Shown: positions 51,498 to 64,000 of the stretch, one piece after another
Layout: each line of letters begins with the position of its first letter
Position numbering within the stretch: position 1 is the stretch's first letter
Origin: Hypanus sabinus
Lineage: Eukaryota
Length of the DNA stretch: 64,000 nucleotides
NCBI RefSeq assembly: GCF_030144855.1
Contig: NC_082708.1
Coordinates: forward strand, 46,686,001-46,750,000
Reading direction: 5' to 3'
The notes under the pieces: model-generated
Told to the model about the DNA's origin: nothing
Database searches by the model: none
What the model saw: only the letters and a program-made list of their open reading frames with translations
Made by a program: the position numbers and the translations under genes

Positions 51498-54400
51498 ATG
51501 CTTCACGCCCGCGCGCTCTGTACTCTTTGTTATCAAACGTGTTGGGAATCTGCTTCCAAATACCAATCAAATCTCAATTAATTAACGAGGTTGTAAACAG
51601 GAGCAACTTTAGCTGAGGATTTAATATTTTTGTCGCTGACTATTTTTAACAAACACCATGTAGAGGAGTACGGGTACGAGAATGTCCTGACTTTCAAGTG
51701 TAACGCTTCTCCACTGGTAGTTGGTTCAGGACTTTAAATGGTTTTCGACAGGGCAATTCTAGTTTATTCTTGGGTTAAATTTTGCTCCATTCACATGGTT
51801 AACGGTCTAAAAATAAGCATTTTCTCAATTTTGGGATCAGGAATATTTAAATTGCAATGGCCTACTTGTTCAGTTGCAATAAAAGTAACTGAATTTGTTA
51901 ACATTTCTTACTGGAAGAATAATTCCCAACAGAACACTTAAATGGGGTTGTGACAGCTCAAATTTACAGCTCAGCTACAGGTTAATTGAGAACTTGAAGC
52001 TAGCTGATTTACAGTGCTGGCTCTGGAGACACAATGACCAACTTGGCCATGCAACATGAAAATTGTGGCTGATGTTGCAGTAGGATATAGCTAGATGCTT
52101 TAGAAAAGTGAGCATGATAATTAAGCAATTGTCTTTGGTTCATTTTCAGTACAATTACTGATTAAAGAACAATAACCTTCGATTACAAAATACAAAGCTA
52201 CACTTGCTCAGATCTAGTTTAGCTGTATAGAAGTTGTAGTGTTGGGACTAGCTTGTTAAACATTAGACCAGTTGAGTGCACGTTGGTAATCATTCTCCGG
52301 GTTTGCTCTAGTGCATATAAATCCCTTTCACCTCAATTACATACAACTTGTTGCTTCATTGGAGTTTAGTTATCCTGGTGTAATCTGATTGGGCTCTTGC
52401 TCCCTTGTGCAAATTGGTACACCAACCATTCTATAGGTACCACCATCTATAGACCATAATGAGCCAAATTGCTTAATTCTGCTCCTATACCTTAAGTCTG
52501 CTCAGCCCTTCCATGACTGATCCAATTTACCTCCTGGCTCCAATCTCCTGCATTCTCCCCACATGCCTGACCAATCAAACCTTGCTGCCCATGTTCAACC
52601 CATTCTATGGTAATTGTACATTGAATATTCTCAAACAAGGCTCAATTAGCAAAAGGAAGTCATGATGTACACTATTCTGTTTGCAATAGAATGGGAGGGG
52701 CTAGAGTTGAATACAATGGTCTATGCTTTTCTATTTAACTCTGCATTGGCTTTAATTGCCATTTATTTGTTCAACTTTGCTAATCAATGAAATACAACAT
52801 AGAAACAAGCCCTTCCATTCATCTATCCAACCAAGTTGTACAATTTTATTCTAAACTTTCCTATCAAAGCACCTGTTTACTGTCTTTTAAACACTTTAAT
52901 TGGATCTATCTCTACATCTGCCTCTGAGGGAGCTTACTCCATATTCCCACCACCCTCATGGGAAAAGTTTCCCTTTTAAATCTGCTTTGACTCTTCTGCA
53001 CAAGGGGGAAGGGGGAAAGACTGATCACCAGCCCTCAGATTTTCTATTAAGTTCATTCTGCAGCTTCCTGTGATTGAATGGTGGGTGAATAAACCCTGCA
53101 ATGGACGTCACTGCAGCCCAGTACCATCCATAATTATTTTCCACCCTTTGCAGCCTAATAGCACAACACTGCATGACCACACCAACTGTATAATTATAAA
53201 ATACCATCCTAACTCCTGTATTCACTGCCCTGATGGCTGAAGGAGTGCTTATCAACCTGTCTGCCCATGTTGCCACTACCTATAATCAGCTTGAATTTTA
53301 AAGGTTGGTATCTGAAAACTGGAATGTAGCGTAAAATTGCTGTTGGCCGCTCACGTTAAACTACTTTAGAGAATAAGGCAATGGGTTTAAAAACAAGGCA
53401 ATTTAAATTGAGTGGCTTTTTGGGTGAAGTGAGACAGAAGTGCATAGATAGCAGACATTGTCACTGCTTCTGTTTGGAAGGGAAGAGCAACTGTCCATTG
53501 CCAAGTGGTAGAAATAAACACCTGAGAAAGAGGATGCATTCTTGTGTGGAATTGGGGGTAGGCTGGGGGGGGGGAATAACTCAAGTGAAAATAAGGGTGC
53601 ATTGAATGTACAGGTTACGAGAGGCTTTGAAAGATGTCAGTAAGATTGACTGGCAAGCTGAAGGGAACTGTTTTATGTTTTTAAGAATTTGCTTTTTTAA
53701 CACTGCCATGATTTCAGGAATCTGCTACATTAAACAATGGGTTTATTGCTGTAACAGATCCAAAATTAAACCAGGCAATGCTGCCTTGCCTGCTGTGTTC
53801 CACCAGCATTTTGTGTGTGTTGTTTGAATTTCCAGCATCTGCAGATTTCCTCATGTTAGCACCTCAAGTGAACCATGTTCTAGAACTGTGAGGGGAGGGG
53901 GACAAATATGCTGGGAGGAGAAGCATTAACACTAAGCAGTCAAAGAACATGAATGCAAAATTGGGTTGGGGGCAGTAGTGAGAATGAATTTAACACTAAC
54001 TTCTGTTCCTACTAATGCTTGATCAAAACTTTTATCCTGTGTCAAACTTGGGTGAGAGGTTAACAAACTGCATACATGCACTGCTCCTGACCTGAGTAAT
54101 TCTCTTACTTGCAGCATTTCATTTTTTTCTGTCAAATTGTTCATACTATCTAGAATTTACAACATCATAGCTGAGCAAGACCCTCAATTGCAAGTTCTGA
54201 GGAAAAACTTACCATTATTTGATAAATATTTGAAGTGTTGTCATTGATTATCTATAAAACCTTCAATTGAAAGTGGAACATAAGTGAATACCCACACTGA
54301 ATCTCCTCATTAACATGAGTGTTGTCGAAATGAGCCCAGGCTGTGGTTCTTAGTGGGATATATAGATCATTTCTACCATGTAGGTTTTTGCCTCCAACCT

Positions 54401-55204
54401 TTCTATAATTTGTAATATTGGGAAGTGTTAATCAGAAGTTGGAATAAATGTCTTTCTCAGACTGGAAGGATGCAACTAGTGGACTGTGCTAAGGGCTGGT
54501 TATTGAATGTTAATTCTAAGGGGCTGCATTTCTAAAATGGAAGTATTTTTACATTATATTTGCTGTTGGTGAGACCATACCAGGTGCACTATACAATTGT
54601 CCCCTTATTTAAAGGTGTGCTAGCACTGGAGGCAAGAAATGAATTTGGTGGCATGTTGAAGGTACTGGGAATTCTGGAGAATGATCCATTTAAGATTAAA
54701 ACAACATTTATATTCAAAGTACTTATGCAGAATACAACCCTGAAATTTGTCTTCCCCACAGACAGTCATGAAGCAAAGAACCATGGAACCAACTCTTTCA
54801 AAGGAAAACATCAAGCCCCCTCCCCTGCACGTGTGCAAAAAAATCATGCAAATTTAACAAAACATGATCAAAAACAGAATATAGAACACCAAAAGCCATT
54901 TTTCAGTACAGTTCAGCTCAGTGTTCATTAGGTGGGAGCTGTAGGGTAGAAAGTGTCAGTGATTCTGGATGGGAAGTGAAGCAAGAACAGAAGTGGAAAA
55001 TCAAATGCCCTGTGTGAAGGAGAAGATGTAGATGAGGAAAGATATAAGAAAACATGGTGGATGTACGATACAAACACTAATGTTGAGTGATAATGTGATT
55101 AGTTCTTCATAGGAAGAAAGGTGAGAATGAGTCCATGAGTTAAAGCCATGTTTTTCAGACAACTGCATCTATCATCGACCAGCCATTTACACATCTCACA
55201 TTTA

Positions 55205-56470
55205 CACACCACCATTTCATCATGGCTGATCCATTTTTCCTCTCAGTCCCAATCTCCTGCCTTCTTCCAATATCTCTTCATGCCCTGACCAATCAAGAAT
55301 CTGTCAAACATTGCCTTAAATATACACAGACTTGGCCTCCACAGATGCCTGTAGCAAAATTCCACAGATTTACCACTCAATAGCTAAAGAAATTCCTCAT
55401 CTCCTTTCTAAAAGGATGCTCCTCTATTCTGAGGCTGTGTCTTAGACTCTCCCACCATAGGAGACATTTTCTCCACATCTGCTCTATCAAGGCCTTTCAC
55501 CATTCACTGGAAAAATGTTGAATTTCCTCTTGGGGATGAATAAAGTATCTATATCTATCTATCTATCCATTCGATAAGATTCAATTAGGTCACCCCTCAT
55601 TCTTCTGAATTTCAGTGAATACATGCCCAGAACCATCAAATGGTCTTCATATGCTAAGCTATTCAAGCCTGGAATAAGTTTTGGGAAGCTTCTTTGAACC
55701 CTCTCCAGTTTCAGCACATCCTTTCTAAGAAAAGGGGCTCAAAACTGCTCACAATACACCAAGTGAGGCCACATCAGTCTCAACTTGCTTTTATATTCCA
55801 GTCCTCTTGAAACGAATGCTAACATCACATTTGCCTTCCTCACCACTGACTCAACCTGCAAGTTAACCTTCAGGGAATCCTGCACAAACACTCCCAAGGG
55901 TCTTTGTGCCTCAGATTTTTTACTTTCTCTTCATTTAGAAAACAGTCAACCCTTTCATTCTACCAAAGTACGTGACCATACACTCCCCAAGACTGTATTC
56001 TATTTGCCATTTCTTTGTTTATTCTCCTAATCTATTTTAAATCTTTCTGTAGCCTCTCTACTCCCTCTAAGCTACTGCCCCTCCACCTATCTTTGTATTG
56101 TCTGTAAACCTTGCAACAAAGCCATCAATTCCATCATCCAAGTCATTGACATATAATGTATAAAGAATCAGTCCCAACACAGACCCCTGTGGACACCACT
56201 AATCACTGGCAGCAAACTACCAAAAGGCCAAACTACCAAACTACCAAAAGGCTTTGTTCCCACGCTTTGTCTCCTGCCATTCAGCCACTGCTTTATCCAT
56301 GCTAGAAACTTCCCTGTAATACTATGGGCACATAGGTTGTTAAACAACCTCGTGTGGCAACTTGTCAAAGGTCTTCTGAAAATCCAAGTTCCCAATGTCA
56401 ACTGATTCTGCTTTGTCTATCCTGCTTGTTATTTATTCAAAGAATTCCAACAGATTCGTCAGATCAGACC
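55205..56470 (-). mobile_element. CR1 3' portion containing a small LINE-tail insertion with (CTAT)n
   Basis: Collinear with 31190-32420. Insert 55506-55566 is flanked by the TSD ccattc. Confidence 0.85.
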
Positions 56471-56474
56471 TTCC

Positions 56475-56625
56475 CATGGGAGCAAGCCAGAAACCCTGAA
56501 GAAACTCGCATAGTTATGGGGAAAGCATGCAAATTCCAGACAGACACCACTGCAGCAAGGATCAAACAGGTTGTTGGAGCAAAGAGGCAGCAGGTGTGGC
56601 ACTGCAGTGTTTGGTGGCTGTTGGT
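56475..56625 (-). mobile_element. V-SINE-like fragment
   Basis: gggaaagcatgcaaattccagacagaca resembles an antisense V domain. Confidence 0.55.
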
Positions 56626-57609
56626 TCTGAAACACAACTAGAAAAGACAGCGAGGTGGGTGGGCTGTCACATGCACAATATTGTACAAATCTCACAAAAT
56701 TAAGCAAGCAGGTTGCCATTACTGTACACTTTCATTTGGAGAAGTAGATAGTCAAAATCTTTGAGGGTGGCCATGGGTAGATCTAGTTTGGTCTCTGATC
56801 AAGAAAGAACATGAGTATTACCTTCCTTTCCTTCATGTAGTGGCCAGAATACATTTTCTGTGGTGATTAACACATTTCCATTTGGAAATCCATCATTTCT
56901 TGCCCTGTTTGGTTCTCTCATTGTAGAGAAGATGACAGTGACTATATTGCAGTCTGCAAAATTAATCCTCAAGCTCTTTGTCTGTAACTAAATCTCAATA
57001 TCATTCACACTTACCTCTGTTCTTGGTTCACCACATAGTCCCATTAAAGTTGAATGTAAGTAAATAATAGCCCTTCATTTGGTTACATTACTTCCTTCTG
57101 GACAATGGACTTAAAGCTTTCAACAATCTCAACTGTATTTCTGAGATGTTATTTGATTGGCTCCACAATCCTTAATTTCATATTTTATATTTAAACTTTT
57201 GTTTTATATTATAACCTTTGTTTATCATGCATCAGCCTATTATTTAATCACTTTCACCTAAACTTGTACCTTCCTTATCATTCTCACTTACTCTTCCATT
57301 CCCCTCTACATCTTAAAAGCATAATTTGTCTCAATTTATATCTGTAATAGTTAATTCTCTTGTTTCAGATTTTAAGCAAGTAGTGTTTTGTTTTTGTAAA
57401 ACTCATAGTTTATTTGGACCATAGACTTGAATGGTAGACAATAGGAGAATATATTCCAAGAGGATTGAGTCTACTTTGGCGAAAATTATCGATATTCTGC
57501 AAAAATGGTTGCTTCATTTACCTTGCAAAGTTCCTTTTGGAATGTCACCAGTATCTATTCTTGGCGATGTTCTCTTGGTGCAAGTCGCTTTCATTTACTT
57601 CTATAGTTT

Positions 57610-57990
57610 CAATTTAGTTTAGTATTGTGTTCAGTTCAGCTTGCCTCTTTGTAGGAAAATGGTGGAAGCTTTGCAGGGGAGATTAACTAGGATGCTGCTG
57701 TCATTAGAGGGTATATCTCATGAGGAAAGGTTGAGTGAGCTAGAGCTTTTCTCTTTGGAGTGAAGAAAGATGAGAGATGACTTGATAGAGGTCTATAAGA
57801 TGAGAGACATCAAAAGAGTGGACAGCCAGCACCTTTTTCCCATGGTGATGATGGTTAATTCAAGAGGGCATAATTTTAAGGTAACTGGAGGAAAGTATAG
57901 GGGGTGTCAGAGGTAAGAGTTTTGTTTTAGTGGTGGGTTCATGGAAAGCCCTGCCAGGAGTGGTGGTAATGAGAGATATGCCCTAATATT
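57610..57990 (+). mobile_element. CR1 3' ORF2 fragment
   Basis: EERLSELELFSLE*RKMRDDLIEVYK-like translation. Confidence 0.75.
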
Positions 57991-58356
57991 CACAAGGCAA
58001 GTAAAGGAATTTGCCCTTAAAGTTGATAGTATTTTCAGTCCAAAGGTCTGCCACATTTTTAATTTTGGTCATCTCAAGAATTGGTTTCACCTAAGAATTA
58101 CAATTAAAGTCTTTTTATATCTGCCAATGAGCTAAAACTACTCCTGTCTTCATGATAGCCTCAACACAGAAGAATATGTTCATCCACCTTTGACCTTTGG
58201 TCAAAAATTGTCATGTAATTCAATTACAGAGGTGTGGATGGTGGAGGCTGAACACCATGAAAGTGGTATTTGGTAGCTACAGGTTTCTTATGAAATTACA
58301 AAGCCTTTATGCAAAAACATAAATGTCAAAAGGCAACTGCAAATTACTCCTTGTAC

Positions 58357-58436
58357 CAGGGGTTCCTACCCTGGAGTCCATGGACCCCTTGTTTAATAGT
58401 ATTGGTACATGCATGAAAAAAAGTTGGGACCCCCTG
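58357..58436. mobile_element. 80-bp hAT-type MITE
   Basis: Ends caggggttcctacc / gttgggaccccctg; degenerate 8-bp TSD ccttgtac / atttatac. Confidence 0.65.
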
Positions 58437-60499
58437 ATTTATACCATCTTTTCAACTGATAATTACACAGGAGGTTTAATCTGCATCCAGAGGAGCAAGC
58501 ACATTGATCCCATTTCCTCCTAGTTTACATATTCCATTCTCTTTCACTTCAATACATGAACAGTTTTTCATTATTTCTGCTATTAACCTGATAGCCCATC
58601 TTTTCAATGGAGGAAAAAAATGAAATCATCGAAAGGAAGTCAATGGGCAAAATCTACACCAGCTGCTCTACCGCCCTCTGAAGATGTTTATGTCATTTTA
58701 TAAGATTTGGCAACACCAATATGAGAAGTATTTAGCATTGTGTGTATACCATATAGCAAGGTTGAACAAAAGTAATGTAGTCACTAGTCTAACATTACCA
58801 TCTTACCTCTAAACTTTATCTCAGGTTCCAAAATGTGATGTGAACTTAGAGCTGAGTCCACTCCCTTGCTTTAATGTATGTCTTGAAATTGACTTCAGCA
58901 TTGTTTCAAGCACTGAAACAGTCTTATCAGTTACATTGAGCAATTTTCTCACATTACAACTTCTCACATCTGGGCCATATTGTATAGTTCAGTCAGAATT
59001 ATCCTGGTGCTCCAGTCTTTTCTCTAATTCTGTAGCTGCTCAGTGACTTGTGTTCCCCCCTCACTGTAAGTCGAGTGAGGATCAGTCCTTCTGTTTGACT
59101 GTTTGTACATGTATATGCTAACAAAACTCAGTTCTACCAATTGCAAATACTCAATTGCTTGTTTACTGCCAATTTCGATTATCATGAATTTGACCAGTTA
59201 AATGTTTTATTGTTGAAGCTATCATCTACTACCCTCATCATAAACTGTGAATCTCATTTCTTCAGGCACTGTCATAGGCTGACCAAGATTCTTAATATCT
59301 TTGTTGTCCTGTAGGAGCTCAATTCCAATATTTTATTTCCTTTCTGATGTACCACTCCTACTCTCATTCACACATTCTTTCATCATTTGACTCCGCTTCT
59401 CAATGTTTCTTTTCACTGCCTTCTTGCCTCCTAATTTCCACATAACTTCAGTTTAACCAACATTTTGGTTCTAATGACACCTGGAACTAAGTTTCTAATG
59501 CCAATAAGCTAATAGATTGCAGGATGTCCATACACCTCTTTTGGATATTTAAATCAGTTTTATTTGTTATTTTCTACTACCACCTTTCTTTAGCTTGACA
59601 TAATTCCACAGCCATTCTGTTCCTGATTCCACCATCCTGTTGATTCCTTTTAACCACCACCATTGACGGTTGTCTACACATTTCTATAATAAAACCTGCT
59701 TTATAATTGCAAATCATGACTCTTCACGTTGAACACAATGAAACAAACCTATACTGAAAGAAAACTGAATGAAATTGTTGCCTTCATTTCTAAGTATTCC
59801 ATAACACTTTATATCAGATTGGTCCTTATAAAGTGTTCTCAACCATATAACTGGATAATGAGATATTGTAGACTATTTTAACAAAAGGGGTAACACTGAA
59901 ACTATTGTATAATGGAGTAGGATTTTTTTTCTTTTTTTTAACCTGCAAAGAAGCAATTGCTCCAATCATATCTTGCTCCCCACCAAAATCACTCAATCAG
60001 TTAGTTCAGCAAAGTCCCGGGATCAAAGCTGAAAACAAAATTATGAGTGTTTTAGCTTCACACTTGATAACTGATTCAGCCACTGAGCAATGAGGCAGTT
60101 ACATAGGTCAGATGAGACTTGAGGACACAGATACCACCCTGTCCAAATGATAACACAGTAAAATTACATTTCCTCCCTTTCACCATATAATGCACCTTAT
60201 AATCCTGAAGGTATAATTGCTAGCTTCTAAAAGCAAAAAATCTAAAGAAAATACTGTAGATAACATTTGGATATCATCTAGATGACATTACAGATGCTTT
60301 ATCTGGACTGCAACCTAGAAAGTGAGGAAATGATGTGAGCAAATAATTTCATGCCTTTTGAATAATCTAAAGCACATGGATAAAGCATAAATTTGAACTA
60401 CACTTACAGTAATACTGAGGAATAATCTTTCAACCTCTGTAATATTTGTCCCCTCTTTGAAGAAAGACATTACGTTTTGGTGTCATATTTTTATGATTG

Positions 60500-63300
60500 C
60501 ATTTTATTTTTTACGACATAATTTTTGGTAGTTTTAAATGTTACTGAAACAAAAGTTGACAGGTAAACTTACGTTGATATTTGGAACAAACGACAGCTTT
60601 TATTAATCTTTAATGCCATTAACCGTTATCAAACGGGTTTTAAAATAAGTTAATATTGTAGCATTTTTCACCAGCGTGCACGGTCCTAGGCAGGAAATTC
60701 CAAAATGGCTAGACACAGTAATTAAAGCATTTCCACCGGAGTGTCACAATTTAAAAATTAAAAATGAACAAGATAAATCTGAAATATGAGCATCTTTTTT
60801 GGAGTTACAAGAGGTGACATGCAAATTAATTCATCTTATTCCCTGAACTAAACTTCTCTGGACGTAAGTATTTACAACGAAAGTTTATAATTTTTTGGTT
60901 CGGTTATTTTAAAACACAAGTGGGAGGTTTGCAGAGGCTCCCAGCTTGTCTTCTATGAAAATGATGAGTTTTTTTTAAGTGAGTGGGGGCGTGGCATTGC
61001 CCTCCATCTGGCGACAAGCGAGGGTCATCCATGCACTCTCACACAACGTGACAGCGGCGATGGCTGGGGGTGAGCAGCAATTTCGTATGATCTAGTGTCC
61101 AGGTTTAATGGACTTCTGAATCACTTTTTCTCCCCCCTCGCAAGACTAGCTCGGAGATCTATGAGTGAAGAAAGCGTTTGTGCTTGAATAGGCTGGCTGA
61201 CAGCGGTCAGAAGTGTTGGGTAAGCTGGGAAGGGGCGGGTTACCTAGACAAGTCTGCTTCATGTCCGCAGCGCACTCAAAAAAATGGCATCTATGACAGC
61301 CGGATGTGTTTACTAGCTATCTGGTTTGTCATGTCCACCCTGAGGTATAGTATAATCGCCAATACTTTGAGATGGGAGTCCTTTCTCACCCAGTTGTTTT
61401 TAATAGAGTTGTCCGGGAGTGGCCGATATGTAGATATGACATTGGAATTAGGGTAGGTAGTATGAGATTTCCTTTATATATATATAATACACTGGTTTTA
61501 CGTCTAGATTGAAGTATTTTAAGATGAAGTTGCACGTGGACGTTCTGGGCGCAACATTATCGTAGAGGAGTGTTGTGTGAAAGTGACGGGAACTGCCTCG
61601 CTGACTCTACAGATCTAGCACTTTCCCGATGAAACCGCATGCTAAGCTTGCACTGTATTCTAAAATGTAAAGCATACAGTTCAAAACTGAATTCTGCGCA
61701 AGTAGTTACATTGTTTTTATTACAATAGTTTCAAATCAACTTCGAAAACACTTTCAGAGTGTTTTTATTCAGCCTCTCTAAACATTTGATATCGCAAATA
61801 AAAGAGCATAGCTTCCTATTGAAAGAAATGATGCGCAATTTTTCGGAAGGTGAAGAGAAAGGCAGAATTATTTGTAAATAGCGATTAAAATAAATTTCAC
61901 TAACAACGAAGTAATCAGGACTTTCATTTCATTTAATGTACACTAAATGTTGGAGGAACTCGGTAGGGCAGGACTGAAGGAGGGTCCCGGTCCGAAACGT
62001 CGACTGTTTATTAATTTCCAGTGATGCTGTCTGCCCTGTTGAGTTCCTCCAGCAACTTTTTTTTTCATTTGCATTTCCAGCACCTGCAGAACTTTTCGTA
62101 TTCGTTACAGTTTAGTTTCCTTTAATGGAAGCACAAAGCTATTTTACAAACCCGGAAACCAGGATGAAAAGGAGATAATTTACAAATTGCTGCTTCGGAA
62201 ACTGATTTTTTAAAATATCCCATCTATCAACTTTGTAATCAGAAAGGCCATTAATATTACATTAAAATAATGTCACTCTGACAACACCACATAATTTGAT
62301 GTCCGTTTTCATGAAAAGAGTGGAAATCAACTGGAAGAAAAATATAACAAAGTGCGAGAAATAATTACAGGAATAAAACGTTTTGTACTGGGCTGTTGTT
62401 GATTCCCCACGAAGCTGAATAAGCAATTTCCTAGTTTAGCATTGTGTTTTCTGATTATGTAAACATCTATAGACGGTAAAAAAATAGTCGCTAAATTGCC
62501 CTCAGGATAAGCTTTATATTTTGCTAATTTGATCTCTGGAGTACAGGCGAAATAGAGGTTTAGAAATCATAATTCAATCTGGTGATATTATGTCAGCACT
62601 AGTTTAGTTAAATCTAAGAACGATTCAAAGTTGATAGTTACAAATGAATAAAAAATTCAATATTAAAAAAATCAGAAAGTCCTCGCAGAGAGCTCGTTTA
62701 CTGTGTATGAAGATACCAAAGTTTTGTGGGAGCATATTTAGAAGGCATTTAAAAAGTTGCAAAGATCCATTGGGATTTCCAGAGTTATTTCCAAAGCTGC
62801 GCTTGTTAAAAGAGCCCCGCGTTATATACCTACTTTCATTGAGTGCGTGAGAAGACTGATGGACAGGCAGTCTGAAGTGGCCCTTCCTACACAGCCAAAA
62901 CATACTTACGCAAATTGACGCAATAACAAATGTAATATTTCATGAGTAAATACAAAAAATCAGCGAAAGTTATACTAAAATGCTGAAGATTATTTAAAAA
63001 TTCTATGAAAATAACATTAAGTGAGAGCAAAGGACAGTCAAATTGTAACATTAATACAAGAATGGAAGGTTACTGCCATGGATAGAAAATCGGCAGATTG
63101 GCAGGAGGCAAAGTGGGGCTTTCCTGGTTGACTGTCGGTGCTTAATGGTGTTCTGCGGGGGTCGGTGTTGGGACCGCTTCTTTTCACTTTTATGCCTATG
63201 ATTTGCATGACGGAATTAATGACTTTGTGTCAGGTTTGCGGAGGATACTGAGATAGGTGGAAGGGCAGGTTGTGTTGAAGAAGCAAGTTAGGAGAATGGG
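60500..63300. promoter_or_regulatory. Second CpG-retaining island with promoter motifs; probable 5' end of the next gene (GJA3 by synteny)
   Basis: Sp/KLF boxes GGGGCGTGGC (60986-60995) and GGGGCGGG (about 61232), donor-like GG|GTAAGC near 61220, elevated CpG. No coding exon in the window, so gene identity is inferred from synteny only. Confidence 0.5.
61939..62115 (+). mobile_element. Penelope-derived hammerhead-motif insertion with a short inverted 5' arm
   Basis: CTGAAGG-agggtcccggtcc-GAAACGTC-gactg; near-TSD tttcatttaatg / tttcctttaatg. Confidence 0.75.
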
Positions 63301-64000
63301 CAAAGAATAGTGTGTGCTCGTGCACTTGGGTAAATGCGTAAAATTTTTTTCTGGGGAGAAAATTCAAAGACTCAGAGATGCAAAGGGACTTGGGAGATCT
63401 CCTGCTTGATTCTCTAAATGTTAACGTGCAGGATGAGTCGGTGGTAATGAAGGCGAATGCAATGTTGCATTCGCTTCAAGAGGATTATAATATAAAAGCA
63501 AGGATGTAACGCGGAGGCTTTCTAAAGCATTGGTCAGACGGCACCTGGAGTATTGTGAACAGTTTGGGTCCCTTCTTCTAAGAAAAGATGTGCTGACAGT
63601 GGACAGGGTCTAGAAGATGTTCACGAGAATGCTTCCGGGAATGAAAAAAAGGTTAATGTATGAGGAGTATTTAATGATTATGGACTGGAATTTAGAAGAA
63701 ATGAGCGGGGGATATCATTGAAACTTACTGAATATTGAAAGGCCTAGATAGAGCGGATGTGGAGACAATTTTTCTTATAATGGGGTAGTCTAGGACGAGG
63801 GGGCACAGCCTCAGAATAGAGGGTAGAAGGACGTCCATTTAGAACAGAGTTGAGGAATTTCTTTAGCCAGAGGGTAGTGAATCTGAGGAATTCATTGCCA
63901 TGTACACCTGAGGATGCCAAGTTATTGTTATGTTTAAAGCGGAGGTGGTTAAGTTCTTGATTAGCCAGGGCGTGAAAGGTTACGGAGAGAAGGCAGGAGT
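63060..64000 (+). mobile_element. CR1 ORF2 3' part
   Basis: GSVLGPLLF, HLEYCEQF and gaatttctttagccagagggtagtg segments. Confidence 0.9.

Larger units (their letters stand above)
48720..51720. promoter_or_regulatory. CpG-retaining island spanning the connexin gene
   Basis: CG dinucleotides are visibly frequent despite moderate GC content, unlike the CpG-depleted flanks. Judged by eye, not computed. Confidence 0.7.

Overview
Vertebrate genomic DNA. The repeat families (CR1, Rex1/Babar, Penelope, V-SINE, Tc1, hAT) suggest a cartilaginous fish, probably a ray; this is an inference. Two host genes are supported, both on the + strand: the last three coding exons of CRYL1 (lambda-crystallin homolog; 6825-6930, 11927-12033, 12963-13070) and a beta-connexin with a single coding exon (50272-51069, 265 aa). 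Its position after CRYL1 makes it the likely GJB2/GJB6 (Cx26/Cx30) co-ortholog, syntenic with human DFNB1. It has a TATA/GC-box promoter near 48.8 kb, a CpG-retaining island, and a strong CTCF motif in its 3' UTR. A second CpG-retaining, promoter-like island at about 60.5-63.3 kb may be the first exon of the next gene (GJA3 by synteny). Most of the rest is decayed, often nested transposons. The most notable observations are: (1) a family of short Penelope-derived insertions with minimal hammerhead-ribozyme motifs and 11-14 bp target-site duplications (TSDs), one forming an 85-bp-arm hairpin; (2) exact conservation of the Cx26 CO2-carbamylation pair R104/K125 in a long-tailed connexin; (3) a YY1-headed, non-coding, LINE-dependent element. 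I found no convincing evidence for a wholly new protein-coding system. Repeat boundaries are approximate unless TSDs or terminal inverted repeats (TIRs) are quoted.
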